Assembly (NCBI GenBank): GCA_964106645.2 | Contig: OZ067050.1 | Length of the DNA stretch: 64,000 nt | From: Podarcis pityusensis | Taxonomy: Eukaryota | Reading direction: 5' to 3' (one strand) | Shown here: positions 25,892 through 39,794 of the stretch, one piece after another | How positions within the stretch are numbered: the stretch's first letter is position 1 | Layout of the letters: the number at the start of each line of letters is the position of its first letter | Notes under the pieces: generated by a model | What the model was told of the DNA's origin: nothing | Seen by the model: only the letters and a program-made list of their open reading frames with translations | Databases searched by the model: none | Made by a program: the position numbers and the translations under genes

Positions 25892-28379
25892 TATGGCTAT
25901 GCCTTCATAAGTACAGCTGTGCACTCAATGTCTCCATTGTTATTGATAATCATACTCTTTCCATGAAGATGGGGAAGGGGATGATTACTTAGGACATCAC
26001 TGTCCCTGAGTTAATGAACATGGGGACAGTAACATCCCAAACAGGATTCGAAAGTTAGCATCAAATGTGGGAGTTCTTCCTGCAGCAGCTGGCCTTCCCC
26101 ACTCCTTCATGTAAACATCTCTGCTCGCTCTATCCTCCTGACTGTGAAACTGTGTGTTAGATTTTTTTTTTTCATGTGATAAAGCTTTTTAGGTAATATA
26201 TTTGAGTGAGAAGCTGCAGCTAGCAGAGGAGTTTTTAAAATGATAATTAAGTAGCAACTAGTTAATAAGACTTGATTAAAAAATAATTATGATTTTGGCC
26301 TAGTGGAGCCAGAGGCTAGGCAAATGCACACATTATTGGTTAAAAAAAATTACCTCCCTGCTTCATCAAGTAGCTGAATTCGATTTTACAGTCATACTGT
26401 GTTAATTAATTGAAAGCTATGTGTAAATTCCCTTCTGAGGGCTGTAAACTGGCTGGAAGCCTAGAATATTCCCATTCCACTCATGAAATAAAAGGTAAGT
26501 TTAGAAACAAAGTTATGTGCAATGGTAATAGGACCTACTGGGAGCTATTAGTGGAAACAATGTTGGGGAAAGCTTAGCTCCAAGTCGGGATCCCATTGAG
26601 GGTGATTAAAAAGTAAAAGGAGCTTGATGAAATTAACTTGAATGAGCAAGACCAGAAAGGAAAAGGAAAACAGTTACCACCAAAGTGTATTTAGGAGGCA
26701 AAGCTGGGCAGGCTAGATGTCAGGTCACTTAATTGTCTCTCCTGAGGACAGCGAAGCAACTGTTGATAAATTCCTTTAGACTTCTAGAGAGTGAAGGAAT
26801 GTTTGCATTAACATTGCATTGAAAATGGTGCTTGAGCAAAGGGGAGCATCTCCCCAGCAGGAAAGACCTTTGTGCTTTTAGCATGATTCGGTGGAAGGAA
26901 GCAAAGCAAGCAAGCAGCATTTCAAACAAGTAGTCTCTTGATCACAGAAGGATGCTGAAAAACACAATTTTATGTAGGTACCTAGTTTAAATGCATATTC
27001 TACCCTTCATCCTAAGGCAGGGATAGCCAGCATGGTGCCTACAGGTACCTACAGCTACTTACATTCCTACAGTTGACTCCTTCATAGACCTCAATGTCCC
27101 CACTTCCATTTCCCCACTGAAATTAGGTTTGTCGTCAATAAACTAGATTGTGGGGGAAGGGTGCCTGGTTGTCAGGGCTGAGGAGTTGTTCCATCTTGCA
27201 AATATTCCCATTGGCCCCAAAAGGTTGGTGGGTTACAGCATTAGGCACTATATATAGTAGATAGCTGCCAAAACAAATAATTTAAATAAAAATAAAACCT
27301 TAAAACTAATAAGTCAGACAATCACAATGTTTGCCATATCTGAAGATATAAAAACTGTATTAGCAGAAATGGACAAAATGGCCTTCTTCAACAGAACAGC
27401 TGGGGTCCAGACCTACACTGTTCAATAAGGAGGGGGGTACAAATCAGGAGGGAATTCCAAATCATTGGGCTCACAATATTAAATGCATGATTCCTGGTAG
27501 ATATGAGCCATGAGCCATGGGGGACCACTAACAGCAACTCTTTTCAAGGCCTTGTATTGAAAGCAATCCCACATTCCAAGTTCCAGGCCTCAGAAACAAG
27601 GATAACAGACCAAGTTTCATAGCTAATAAACTGATACACTAATTGTACCAGTATGTGTGTATGGTCTGGCAACACCCTAGAAACACTAGCTTTCTCCAAC
27701 GAATCCTGGAAACTGTAGTTCCCACCTCACAGTGCTATAATTCTCAGCATATTTAGCAAACTACAATTTCTTGGCTTTTTTTGACAGAAATTCATCTTTC
27801 CATGGGTGGATGTGGCAGTTTCCTCTGAGATCTAGAACACAGAGTGTTTGGCATAAAAACTGAAAGGAGAGGTTAAAGCAACTAAGCTATCTTTTGCGTC
27901 ATGCAGTATAAGCAGGGGTGGAAATTAAGATAGGCATTGGTCAACCCTTGCCAGGATTGGGAAGCTGTGCCCCTCCAGGTCTTGTTAGACTACAACCCCC
28001 AACACCCCTGACTTTTGGCCATGTTGACTGAGGCTGGTGGGGGTTTCAGTTCAGCAATATCTGGAGGCCAGAGCTTCCCTATCCCAGACATGGTGGCATC
28101 TTCAGTGTGAAGTAATAGCTTCCCAATCTACCCCTGACTACCAGCTGACTAAAGGGAACATCCCTTTGGCCATGGGTGCTTCCCCCCTCTTTTATAATAC
28201 GGAAGCTGACCCCCCCACACACAAACAAACCTCTTTCAAATCAAGATCAGAGACAGGCAGGCTAGAAATAGGTATGTTTTTCTTTCATGTGTCAGACTGA
28301 TTTTCAGACAGTTTTAAAGCACTGGCAAATTTAGGAATGAAACTCTGAGGCTGTGTCCTCATGCAGTTTTTGATTAAGC

Positions 28380-29190
28380 ATGTTCTCCTTCATGGACAGC
28401 ACGTGTTGCGGTGGGGTCTAACAGGACACCCCCTCTTGGTTACTGGGCTGGACCATCTGGATGGTCATGACTGTGATTGGGCCAATTTGGGTTGTTGGGG
28501 AAATTTTGATGTTACCATTTAGAGGGTTGGCCCGAAGGTTATATATTCTTGGCATGCAGCTTTTTTCAGTCTCTTTTGCTGCATGCATTGGCTCGCCCGC
28601 CCACCCTCCCTAATTTAGGGCTGTTGCATTTGACATTGCTATGCCTGTCATGGGGTCATCTGCTTTTGGGGCAGGGGCCTGGCAGGAATTTTGTCCATTT
28701 GGCAGATTGGCTGGTACCATTTGGTTTTTGCCTACTGCATAGCAAATCATTACAACTTGTAAGGTTGCTGTTAGGCATTGGTTAAAATTTGGTTGGTGGA
28801 GGGGTAAGGGTTGGTTGTGCCTGCCCCTGCAATGCTGCTGCTGCAAGGGAATTCCATTAAAGGAATCCAGGGGTTTGCCATGCTTTTGTCCGTATCCCTG
28901 GCAAGGGGCTAGAGCCGTGCAAGCCCCTGGGAGCATGCGGGGAGGGGTGACAGTATGGTGCCCAGCCCCATTCTCTCCCCAATATTGTTTTCCCTTACTG
29001 GCTTTCACTGGAATCCGGAAGTCAGTTCTGTCCCGGGGCGAGGACAGATAGTCGTAGCCAATGCCTAAGCAACCACTCACATTATGTATTTTAATAAAGT
29101 TGTGGCCAAAATTATGCCAAAAACCTAAAACAAAAATTCCGTGTGAATTGCGATTTATTTGGGGGTGGTTTGGGGACCTCGACACGCAAC
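28380..29190 (+). mobile_element. Non-autonomous AATAAAGTTGTGGCC-family element (Ngaro/DIRS-related)
   Basis: 5' hairpin then GTTGCG; TTAAAGGAATCCAGGG and AATGCCTAAG blocks; family motif at 29093; ends CGCAAC. Confidence 0.7.
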
Positions 29191-29892
29191 TGCTGATTCT
29201 GGGTGCTGCTGAACTACAGTCACTGGATGGTATATTCAAATACTGACAAGATTAAAACCAGGACACTTGGTGGCAGCATAGAATAAGAAACGGACCCTAG
29301 CTGACATACCTAGCAACTGAATTACATTATTATGATGTTATTAAGGCCTACTTGGATTATAACAGCATTTTTATTGGGGGGTGAATAGTTGCATTTATTT
29401 TTCTCCCAAACGAAGCCCATTCCAACACAGAATTAGCTACAGGAAAGGCTTTGTGACTAACACTGAAATCCTGTTCATGTTAATTCAGAGCTCTATTCCA
29501 CTGTTTTTAATAGGGCTTAAGTATGTTCAGAATTGCAAGCTAAGGCCAATTCTGTGCACACCTTCTTGAGAGTAAACCCCATTGAATGCAGTAAATAATA
29601 GTATTGTGCTTGCCAATCCCCTCATTTTCTTTTTTCCCCTCCTCTTTTTACAATTTGTGGGTCTTTAATGAGAGCTTGCCCTGTAGAAGGGATGCTTGCC
29701 TCTTTAATGTGAAAAGATTCACCTGTGACTTCTGTAGATCAATTTATTGTTAAAGGCACAAGAGCAGGCCCAGTTATTTTCCTTGTTGTCAATACTATTT
29801 TTGCTGTGCCATATTGGATGCTGCTATACACCGTGATTGGGTTGTCTGAAACCAATGGACGATGAAGCAGCAAAGCATGCAGTATTTGGGAA

Positions 29893-30659
29893 GTTGGATC
29901 TTCCTAACAGAGGGTCCATGTTGTGCTCGGCCCCCGAAACTCTTCCTCAACCGGCTTGTGGGCAGGGCTTGCCCCGCTCCAAGCCGGTGGTGCCACAGTC
30001 ATGCCACTGGCCTTTAGCCAATTGGTATCGTGGCAAAGGTTGGGGGTATCTATTTGGCAGTGCAACGTAGGGACCTCCTTTTGCTTCACACTGCTGAACA
30101 CCCACCCGTTAATTAGGTCGTGTTTGGCCTTGCTTTGGACTTTGGTTGGTCGCCTGTTTTGGAATGGGGGCCGGGTAGGAATTTTTCCCAATATGGCAGA
30201 TTGGCTGTGGCCACTTGGGTTTTGTCTACCTCTTAGCAATCGTCACAACTTTGCAAGGTTTGTAAGGCATTGGTTTAGGGGAATGTGGGGAGGAGTGGTG
30301 CGGCTATCACCTGCCCCTTCAATGAATAGGGTATTCCGTTAAAGGAATCCAGGGGTCTGGATCTCGTCCAAAGCCCAGAGAGGGGCCAGAGCCATGCCAG
30401 GACCCCCGGGAACCTCATGGGTGAGACCTGTCGATATACACTGACGGACATCCCCCGCTGGTTGTTTACCCTTACAGGCTTCCTGCAGGGTGGGGCAGGA
30501 GCCAGATATAGTTTGATATCAATGCCTAAGTCAATACCAGTCACATTTGTGTATTCAATAAAGTTGTGGCCAAAAATTTCCCATTAACATTTAAGCTAAA
30601 TTCTGTCTCCACTGTGTCTTTATTTCCATGGGGGATGGGTTTGGGGGCTCGAAGCACAA
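29893..30659 (+). mobile_element. Non-autonomous AATAAAGTTGTGGCC-family element (Ngaro/DIRS-related)
   Basis: 5' hairpin GGATCTTC-ctaaca-GAGGGTCC; subterminal TTGTGCTCGGCCCCCGAAAC complementary to 3' end GTTTGGGGGCTCGAAGCACAA; family motif at 30557. Confidence 0.75.
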
Positions 30660-32164
30660 ATACTAAATCAGACCAAAGGCCCATATAGTCCAGCATCCAG
30701 TGGTCAACCAGATGTCAATCGGAAGCCTGCAAGCAGGACCTGAGTGCAGCAGTGCTTTCCTGACCAGGGATTTCCAGCAGCTGGTATTCAGAGGCATACT
30801 ACCTATGACATTAGTACATAGCTTACGTCTGTTAATCATTGATAGCTTTATCCTCCATGAATTTGTCTTTCAAAGCCATCCAATCAACTATGATAGTTTT
30901 TGCTTTTACACATCTCCTGCCTCCCAAATTTTCTTTTCACCTATACATTTTTAAAGCAGTCTGATTTGATATAAATTTATATCATAAAATATCCCAGACA
31001 CAGAGCAGAATCTATGTCAAGGACCTGATTGGTTTTGGGGGTTGGAGGGCATGGCAAGAAGAGAGAGGAAAGGAAATGTGTTCAGGGAGCAAGCCTGTTG
31101 TCAAATGTTTTGTGTTGTAAGCTGTAAAAGCAGCGAGGGAGCAAAGGTGTTCCCACTCCCCTTGAAAACATATTTGAAAGCTTTTCCAACAACAACTAAA
31201 TAAACAAGAAAGAGAGCACATATCAATCTAAGCATGTTTACTTAGAGATAAATAAGAGAGTAATAGAGATAAATAGAGAGTAATAAAATTTATTTCCATT
31301 TAGAATTGAATCATCTATCATTCATCATGTGACTCTCCATTATTTTATTAGACAATTGAATAAATCTAAATAAACATGCATATGATAAAATCCCCCAACC
31401 CCCGCCAGTCTCCCCTGCATGAAGCTAGGACCCCCCAAAAGTAGTTGTGTAATTAAAAGAAGATGAGAAAAATCAGCAAAGCAATTCTGTGTCTAATTGA
31501 ACAATTCCTTTAAATAGGGTCTATTAATGAAGTTTACACTTTTGACAACCAGTCTGATGCTTTTGCAAAAAAATATTCCTAGACACAAGACTTTTTAAAT
31601 TATTTTTTAATCCCTTTCAGTCTCCCATCTCGAGGCTAAGTACAGCAAACTGTACATTTCCACCCCTCTCTCCAAGGCTGGATTATTTACTTCTGTGTGC
31701 TTGTGTATCTGTGTCTCCCTTGTACCTATTAGGGACTATTCTCATGCCTTTCTTTTGATATCTATGCTACTGATTACTTCTGCCATTTTAATTTTAGAGA
31801 AAGTGTTTAATTTAAAAAGGATCTATACTATAGAATAACAATGGTAACAATACATTGAAGACAAGTAAATATTTTGGGAAGGGTGGTCCCAGAGCCCTAG
31901 AGCCACCATCCCAAAGAGGATAAAATGGGAGGACTTTGGTACTCTTTTGTCCTCCTTCCCCCAATGTCTTTCTCTCTATCTGAGCCGGCTCCCTGCCTGT
32001 TATGTTATATGTGGGGAAACCCCTGTGGGGTTCCTCTCCCTGTAAAATCTTCAAGCTGTTCCTGTGCACGCCTGACAAATCCGCCCCATTGTCAAAATTT
32101 ATCTTTCCCCCCACCTCCAGTCTCCGTTGTTGTGTGTCCTGGCTGAGGGGAAAAACATAAGATG

Positions 32165-32262
32165 GGTGGCCATTGGTCAGGGATGGTCTAGTTGAGATTC
32201 CTGCATTGCCACAGGGGTTTGGCTAGATGGCCCTCAGGGGCCCTTTCCAACTCCACAATTCT
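32165..32262 (+). mobile_element. CR1 LINE 3' tail fragment
   Basis: GGGGTTTGGCTAGATGGCCCTCAGGGGCCCTTTCCAACTCCACAATTCT resembles the recalled CR1 3' stem-loop and ATTCT end. Confidence 0.6.
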
Positions 32263-33147
32263 CTGGTGCAGGCTTGTGCAGAGTTTTAGGTACAAGTTGG
32301 ATGCAAGGGTGCATAGGATTGCAGCCCATTTTATGCACCTTCGGCTCAGGAATAAGTCCCACTGATCATGATGAGACTAGATTGCTGCTGTGCAGTCCTC
32401 TTTTTTAAATAAATGTTTTCCTTTTCAGATATTACAGAGCATGGTGAAAGCACAATAAATAAAACCTCCCTTTCAGTAGTTTCAAGCACTACTACAGGTT
32501 CCACATAATTATCTGTACTGCATTGTTTACTGTGACAGCACCTGCACTTTGGAACTCCCGGCCTATTGCAACAAAGCACATGCCTTTGCTAGACTCTTTT
32601 TGGGCACCTGCTAAAAGCATTCTTCTTTAGGCAAGCATACCTAGATGCTTAGGAAGTTGAAGTAATTTTAATCTTAATATTTTAGCTTTTGTATGTTTTA
32701 AAGTAGAATTGTGTTTTCTAAAGAATTTTTTACTGCTGTGGTGTTTCTTTTGTTTTGGTAAGCCACTTTGTAGGTATTTAAAAATAAAGTTTATTAAATA
32801 AATAAACAATAAATATAAATAAAATAACACAAGCCAAAATACAATCCATCCTGTAGATTTAAGTATCTGTCCATAGTTGCCTACTTCTTATCAGAGGCCC
32901 AGAATCCACATTCCTTTCTAAGAAAATATGAAATAACGTAAAACCACTTTTGTAGGCAAAATAAAATAAAATAAAAATAAATCAATGGGGGGTGGTGACA
33001 AGAAATTTTCCGCACCGGGTACCACCTGACCTTCCTACGCCTCTGATGCCACCATGCTCATTTGTACATCTGCACAACTATTTCACTGATGCACCATATT
33101 GTAGCTTTTGTTGTCTTCAGGCAAAAGGGCTAAGACTGGATACAGAT

Positions 33148-35321
33148 AATGACCGCTCCCCGCTTAAAACGGGGGGTGCCCTTTGCGTGGATGCGCGCAG
33201 CCCCTAGATCTGGAGCGGCTCCAACAGCATAGGCTTGGTTTGCCTTCCCTCAGGTGGGATACCTGGAGGTCTCCGCCTACCTCAGTCAGTTGTCCAATCC
33301 CACCTGGGGGAAGCGTTGCCAAGGAGACCAGGCCAGGTAGGGGAGGGATTACCTGCCCACACAATAGAGGGAGGATCTTACCTGGGAATCCTCGGGTGGC
33401 GGTATCAGGCCTTGGGCGGAATCCTTTAGTCCATCTTCCTCTTTGCGGCGGCGATACCAGGGTTCCCCGTTAAAGGGGTTTCTGAAGGGAGGCTTTGACC
33501 GTACGCCGAAAGGTCGTCATTGCTCTCCCCTGCGGCGGAGGCGTAACAGGGGCAGCTATCTCTGCTTGAACATATGTTGTCCAGAGCCGGCCCATCCCCC
33601 CCCCCACACTGGATAACCCTGATGCTCCCTAGGTCCCCGGCTGGGGACTGGGGAGGGAGAACGCCCAATGCCTGAGCCAAGGTCTACCCACATTTGAAAT
33701 TTAATAAAGTTGTGGCCAATTTAATCCCATAGCACGTTGTCATGAGTCGTTATTCCACATGACGGGGGGACCGTGCGGGATCTGGGGACTCCGTCTGTCC
33801 ATGCAATGACCGCTCCCCGCTTAAAACGGGGGGCGCCCTTTGCGTGGACGCGCGCAGCCCCTAGATCTGGAGCGGCTCCAACAGCATAGGCTTGGTTTGC
33901 CTTCCCTCAGGTGGGATACCTGGAGGTCTCCGCCTACCTCAGTCAGTTGTCCAATCCCACCTGGGGGAAGCGTTGCCAAGGAGACCAGGCCAGGTAGGGG
34001 AGGGATTACCTGCCCACACAATAGAGGGAGGATCTTACCTGGGAATCCTCGGGTGGCGGTATCAGGCCTTGGGCGGAATCCTTTAGTCCATCTTCCTCTT
34101 TGCGGCGGCGATACCAGGGTTCCCCGTTAAAGGGGTTTCTGAAGGGAGGCTTTGACCGTACGCCGAAAGGTCGTCATTGCTCTCCCCTGCGGCGGAGGCG
34201 TAACAGGGGCAGCTATCTCTGCTTGAACATATGTTGTCCAGAGCCGGCCCATCCCCCCCCCCACACTGGATAACCCTGATGCTCCCTAGGTCCCCGGCTG
34301 GGGACTGGGGAGGGAGAACGCCCAATGCCTGAGCCAAGGTCTACCCACATTTGAAATTTAATAAAGTTGTGGCCAATTTAATCCCATAGCACGTTGTCAT
34401 GAGTCGTTATTCCACATGACGGGGGGACCGTGCGGGATCTGGGGACTCCGTCTGTCCATGCAATGACCGCTCCCCGCTTAAAACGGGGGGCGCCCTTTGC
34501 GTGGACGCGCGCAGCCCCTAGATCTGGAGCGGCTCCAACAGCATAGGCTTGGTTTGCCTTCCCTCAGGTGGGATACCTGGAGGTCTCCGCCTACCTCAGT
34601 CAGTTGTCCAATCCCACCTGGGGGAAGCGTTGCCAAGGAGACCAGGCCAGGTAGGGGAGGGATTACCTGCCCACACAATAGAGGGAGGATCTTACCTGGG
34701 AATCCTCACTTGGCTCCAGAGATTCTCCCACCCTACCCACCCTCAGTTAATGTCTTATTTGCAGGTTAACTTTTCTTCACAGGTTTTGCAGGTTAACTTT
34801 TCTTCGCAGGTATGCGGGCGCTGCTACGTTAAGGTCGCTGTTAAAGGGCCGGAAAGGAATTTCCCTGCATTGGCAGGTTTCGCCTTTCCCGTAGCAAAAC
34901 GTCACAACTTTGGCGGTATCAGGCCTTGGGCGGAATCCTTTAGTCCATCTTCCTCTTTGCGGCGGCAATACCAGGGTTCCCCATTAAAGGGGTTTCTGAA
35001 GGGAGGCTTTGACCGTACACCGAAAGGTCATCATTGCTCTCCCCTGCGGCGGCGGCGTAACGGGGGCGGCTATCTCTGCTTGAACGTATGTTCTCCAGAG
35101 CTGGCCCATCCCCCCCCACACACTGGATAACCCTGATGCTCCCTAGGTCCCCAGCTGGGGACTAGGGAGGGAGAACGCCCAATGCCTGAGGCAAGGTCTA
35201 CCCACATTTGAAATTTAATAAAGTTGTGGCCAATTTAATCCCATAGCACATTGTCATGAGTCGTTATTCCACATGACGGGGGGACCGTGCGGGATCTGGG
35301 GACTCCGTCTGTCCACGTAAT
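33148..35321 (+). mobile_element. Head-to-tail trimer of a young non-autonomous AATAAAGTTGTGGCC-family element (657 + 657 + 857 bp)
   Basis: Units start at 33148, 33805, 34462, each with AATGACCGCTCCCC; third unit has 203 nt (34708-34910) replacing GGG; CpG-rich. Confidence 0.9.
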
Positions 35322-36211
35322 AAACCAACCTTCTTGAAGCAAAATAGGCCTGGGTTTGCCAATGTTTGATTGCACAATTCTATGCAGGCAGCCTACATAG
35401 GATTAAAATGCCTCTCCACTTTCCCATCTCTTATTTGATTTCACAGTTCATACAATACAATAAAGCCAAGGTTTGATGCACAGTGCATATTTTAATGGTA
35501 TCTAGTTTTGAATAATATTCTTTTCTCTCTTCAGCTCTACATTTTTTGTATTTGTTGTCTTCCCTAAAAACAAATAACCCTTCAAATAATCAACTGGGTC
35601 AAATAAATCATCAAAGCTCATGTACCAAATGACTGCAAAAGTCTGACAAATTATATTTCTGTCATTCAGTTCTAACAGGCAACTTACAGATTGTGTGCCT
35701 CCTCCATGAGAGGGTCAAAGGGTGGCAACATGAGAATGGACATTTTCTGTGGTAGCTCCCTGCTCTCCTCTTCTCCCAGGCCTTTGGCTAAGTAAACAAT
35801 CAATGGCCTTTAAAGCTGGGCAGTGGGTATTGTTTTTCTTTGTTATGATGGTATGCATTTTTTGCATTTTTATACAAAAATACTGCCCCATGATCCTCAG
35901 ATGAAGGACAGTATAGTAATTTAATTAATTAATTAATTAATACACATGATGCTAAGCTATGGTTATTATTAATCAAGGTTTATAAACCAACAACAGGCTT
36001 CAGAGTGTGGTTTCTTCATGCTTAATCAATGATGCTTAAGCCACCAGGCCAGGATGAAACCATGGCTTAGCATTAAGTGTGAACCAGGCCTGTGTTTTGA
36101 GCCTGTAGATTTATCTTGTTAATAGGAAGGTAATGTTAATCTATGCAATGATTCAGTCACATCCTACATTGTGCAATCACTTGAACCACCGATACATTTA
36201 TTAGAAGAAAA

Positions 36212-37147
36212 CTACTCTCTCTGGAAGAGCCTTCTGCCTACTAGCTTTGCAAGAGCTTCTTTAACATCAGTGTTTCTCAGAGAGTATATGAGTGGATTGA
36301 GGACTGGGGTTACTACTGAGTAAAGGATAGCAATAACCTTGTCTTCTTCTAAGGAGTAGGCTGAGGCAGGCCGAAGGAAAGTGTAGATAATTGTGGAATA
36401 GTAAAAGCTTACAACTAAGAGATGGGAAGAACATGTAGAGAAGGCTTTCTTCTTCCCCTCTGTTGAGCGGATTTTGACTATGGTTCTTAGGATAAATCCA
36501 TACGATGTTAATGTTAAGGCACAACTACCTATTGCAATTAGCACAGAAGCTGCAAAAACCATCATTTCATTCAGACTTGTGTCTGAGCAAGAGATCTTGA
36601 ACATAGGTGGTAGCTCACAGAAGAAATGGTTGATGATATTGGAGTTACAGAAGGAAAGCTGTGCTACCAGTCCTGTGTGTACTGCAGAATTTACCAAGCC
36701 TATTAGCCACAGTCCAGCCATTGCCCCAATGCAAAACTCAGTCCTCATGATGCTTGAGTACTGGAAAGGATGGCAGATAGCAGCATAGCGGTCAAAAGCC
36801 ATGAATGCAAGGAGCAGGAGCTCAGTTCCTAGAGCCAAGGTGAAGAGAAAGACCTGTGCAATGCAACCAGGAAGTGCAATTGTCTTTCTTGGTGCAAAAA
36901 TAGTTTGCAGCATTTTGGGAACTGTAACAGAAATAGAACACACATTTATTATAGACAAATTGATGAGAAGAAAATACATTGGCGTGTGGAGTTTGCTACA
37001 CGTGCAGATGGCAAGGATGATGAGGACATTGCCTACCAATGCTGCTGTATAGATGAAGGTGAATGCCCAAAATATAAATATCTGATGTTCAGGGGAGCTG
37101 GAAAGACCCTCCAGGATGAACTCTGTAATGGTAGAATGGTTCTTCAT
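36212..37147 (-). CDS. OR13G1-like: Olfactory receptor, class II (OR13G1/13A-like), 311 aa
   Basis: ATG at 37147 (ORF-track start 37156 is GTG); NHS site; LHTPMYFLL, ALGTELLLL, MAFDRY, NHFFCE, KAFSTCSSHL, NPLIYSLRN. Confidence 0.95.
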   Translation of the reverse strand: MKNHSTITEFILEGLSSSPEHQIFIFWAFTFIYTAALVGNVLIILAICTCSKLHTPMYFLLINLSIINVCSISVTVPKMLQTIFAPRKTIALPGCIAQVFLFTLALGTELLLLAFMAFDRYAAICHPFQYSSIMRTEFCIGAMAGLWLIGLVNSAVHTGLVAQLSFCNSNIINHFFCELPPMFKISCSDTSLNEMMVFAASVLIAIGSCALTLTSYGFILRTIVKIRSTEGKKKAFSTCSSHLLVVSFYYSTIIYTFLRPASAYSLEEDKVIAILYSVVTPVLNPLIYSLRNTDVKEALAKLVGRRLFQRE

Positions 37148-38639
37148 TTCCAGCACTGTGACTCTGCAGACCTAGACAAATAAATCACTCTATGTAGAGA
37201 CCATACCAGTTGATAGGAGAGATCCCTAATTCAGAAAAGAAAACTTTCCACACGTTGGATTTATTAATAATAGCATATGAAGAAAATTATGGTTCGCATT
37301 TAAGTCAAGGGCAATAAAAAAAAAAGAGTAACAGGTTACTTGCTAAGTTTTAAAATAATGCTAGGCAGCAAATACTGTTCACAGGCAAGATATCTACACA
37401 GTGGAACTTACAGTGCTATCCTATGCACATCTGCTCAGAAACAAACCCGCTAAATTCAATAGGACTTAATCTAAGTTAAGTATGTACAATAGTGCAGTTT
37501 TACTATATGCAGAATTGTATATTTAAACCAGGATCTGAAGAGCAACTGAAGCTCACACAAGACAGCTTAAATAGGCCCAGTGTCATTTGCAACTCTCTTT
37601 TTTAAAAAAAAAACCTTTAAACAGCTGGTCCTAATGTGATTTCTGGTTACTTGTGAGCAGTTATTGTATATATGTTGTTGTGAAAAAAAATTAAATTGCA
37701 ACTAGGATTTGGAAGAAATTCAATTCAGTTCATATTTAAAGGTTGGCCTATCTAATTTGCAACAAACCTGAAACAACAAACCAAACACAGCCATTCTTCA
37801 AAATCTACACTTTCCAGATTTTGCAGTAAAATTCTGCATCCAAGTGATGTGTACAAAAATCCATACATTGGGATATAGTGTACATACAAATGCATATAGC
37901 TGTGAAATACCAAAAATATCCCTGCTTGAAGGGAAAATGTTTACAAAATACATATATTTGGGGAATTGTGTAGAATAATGTATATTTCAAGAAATTCTCA
38001 CATACATGATAAATTTTAATTAGGAGTTGTTTTGTTGTTTTAAGCAAACTGATGTAGAAATGTGGAGAACTCAATTTAAGACTAGAGGGACAAGAAACTA
38101 CAACTGAGAGGTGCCCCTATCCTTAGTTACAACTTTACCATTTTCTGGTCTGATTTTTGGTTAATGATTACATTGCCTGTTTTGCCAACACACCCAAGAA
38201 GACTTGAGATAAGAAATATGGGGAACAGGTTATATTTATTACATTATAACCATAGAATTTGCTATCAGAATAATCCAACCAAATTAACCAAAACCTATCT
38301 AAAACAAAGAAGGAAAGAACAAACCCTTACCTCAATTCCAGTTTTTTCTGAAGAAATGTTTCACAGTCTTCTCCTGAAATGCATCAGTGTTCATGTTCAC
38401 TATATTTGCTGGCTGGAAAGATTTACTGATATCCTTTGGATGTATTTCTAGGCAAGCCAATATTGTATTACCTTGATGCTCATCTGACAAAAGCATAACC
38501 ATGTATAATTGGGCTCCACATACTTCCTTAAATAGGGTGTGGATGCCATTGGGAAAAACAAAAGACATTTGAGATTTCATGAGAACTATAACTACAGCTG
38601 TGTCCCTATCTGGGCAGGGATAGCCTAACTTCATCTATG

Positions 38640-39254
38640 TTCTTGTAACATCTAGGTTAGGATCTCTGAAGATGGTTCAGAAACTTCAGCTGGTACAGAA
38701 TTTGGTGGCCAGGTTGGTCACCGGGGCAATACAGTTTTAGTATATTACACCAATTCTGATGTGTGCAAAGGTTGGTCACTGGGGCAAGACAGTTTGAGTA
38801 TATTACACCAATCCTGACCTGACTGCATTGGCTGCCAATTAGTTTCCAGGCCCAATTCAAAGTGCTGGTTTTGACCTGTATAGCCATAAACAGATCAGGA
38901 CAGCAATACCTCAAGGACCACCTCTCCTGATATGAACTGACCTGGACCCTGCAATCATCATCTGAGGCTGTCCTTCATGTGTGTCCCCCATGAGAGGTCC
39001 AGAGGGTGGAAAGGTGAAAATGGGCCTTTTCTGCTTACCCTGGGTCTTACCCTGTAGAATTCTCTCCCCATACCCTCATTATACATCTTTAGGCAACAGG
39101 TGAAAATGTTCCTCTTCAACCAGGTGTTTTGCTGATCAACATTCTGTGTCCTTTAAATGTATTTGTGAGAAGGGGGATTATTGTTTTGTTTTTGTTTTTT
39201 ATTCTATATCTTTAGGCTGTGAATCATCCTGAGATCTCAGATGAAGAGCAGTAA

Positions 39255-39305
<51 letters not shown>
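38640..39305 (+). mobile_element. L2 LINE 3' fragment with (GAAA)n tail
   Basis: CTGCATTGGCTGCCAATT (LHWLPI) and KLQLVQN-like remnants; internal ~50-bp duplication (38711 / 38770); GAAA repeat 39257-39304. Confidence 0.75.
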
Positions 39306-39307
<2 letters not shown>

Positions 39308-39794
39308 GCTGTGTAAATTGCTTGTGTCTTAAAAGAAAGAATAACATTATACCATAGCCATAGGGAGGTGTTCCATTCAAATGTAAAAGCTACATATTGA
39401 GAAAGCACAGCAAATATGAGTGCACTAAAAGTTGGTTTTTAGTAATTTGGTTAAAAAGGGAAATTACTTTAGGTAAAATAAAAAGAATTCCCTGGATGCC
39501 TAGATCCAGGTTTTGGGAAGTACTCTGTAGGAGAGGCACAACAAAGATTTAAAATTACAAAATATGTTGCAAAGTAAAATGTGGAAATATAGGCTGCTAG
39601 ACCATTGAAACATCCCCTTCTAAGTTGATTCAAAAGTTCCCTACTGCTCTTAGCACAGAAAGAGACCACATGTTTGGTAAGTTAAAAATAGTTTACTTAC
39701 AAACTCTTCAAAGGTCAGATTTATGTGTTTTTTCATACAGCAGCAAGACAGGCAGTATAACTTAGGCCCTAAAATGGGCAATGTTTCTAAACTA

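Noticed and set aside
28610-29239. 209-aa minus-strand ORF
   Set aside because: Antisense to a non-autonomous element, no recognisable domain, not preserved in sister copies
33148-35321. Repeated 64-193 aa ORFs in the array and at 47223-47532 as real genes; array as CRISPR-like
   Set aside because: ORFs recur only because the GC-rich unit is repeated; no domain motifs; no repeat-spacer structure; vertebrate DNA
38325-38365. Coding micro-exon for the OR at 37147
   Set aside because: A good donor (GAG|GTAAGG at 38331/38330) exists, but the exon ends ATT GAG with an upstream in-frame TGA and no ATG, so it is probably non-coding
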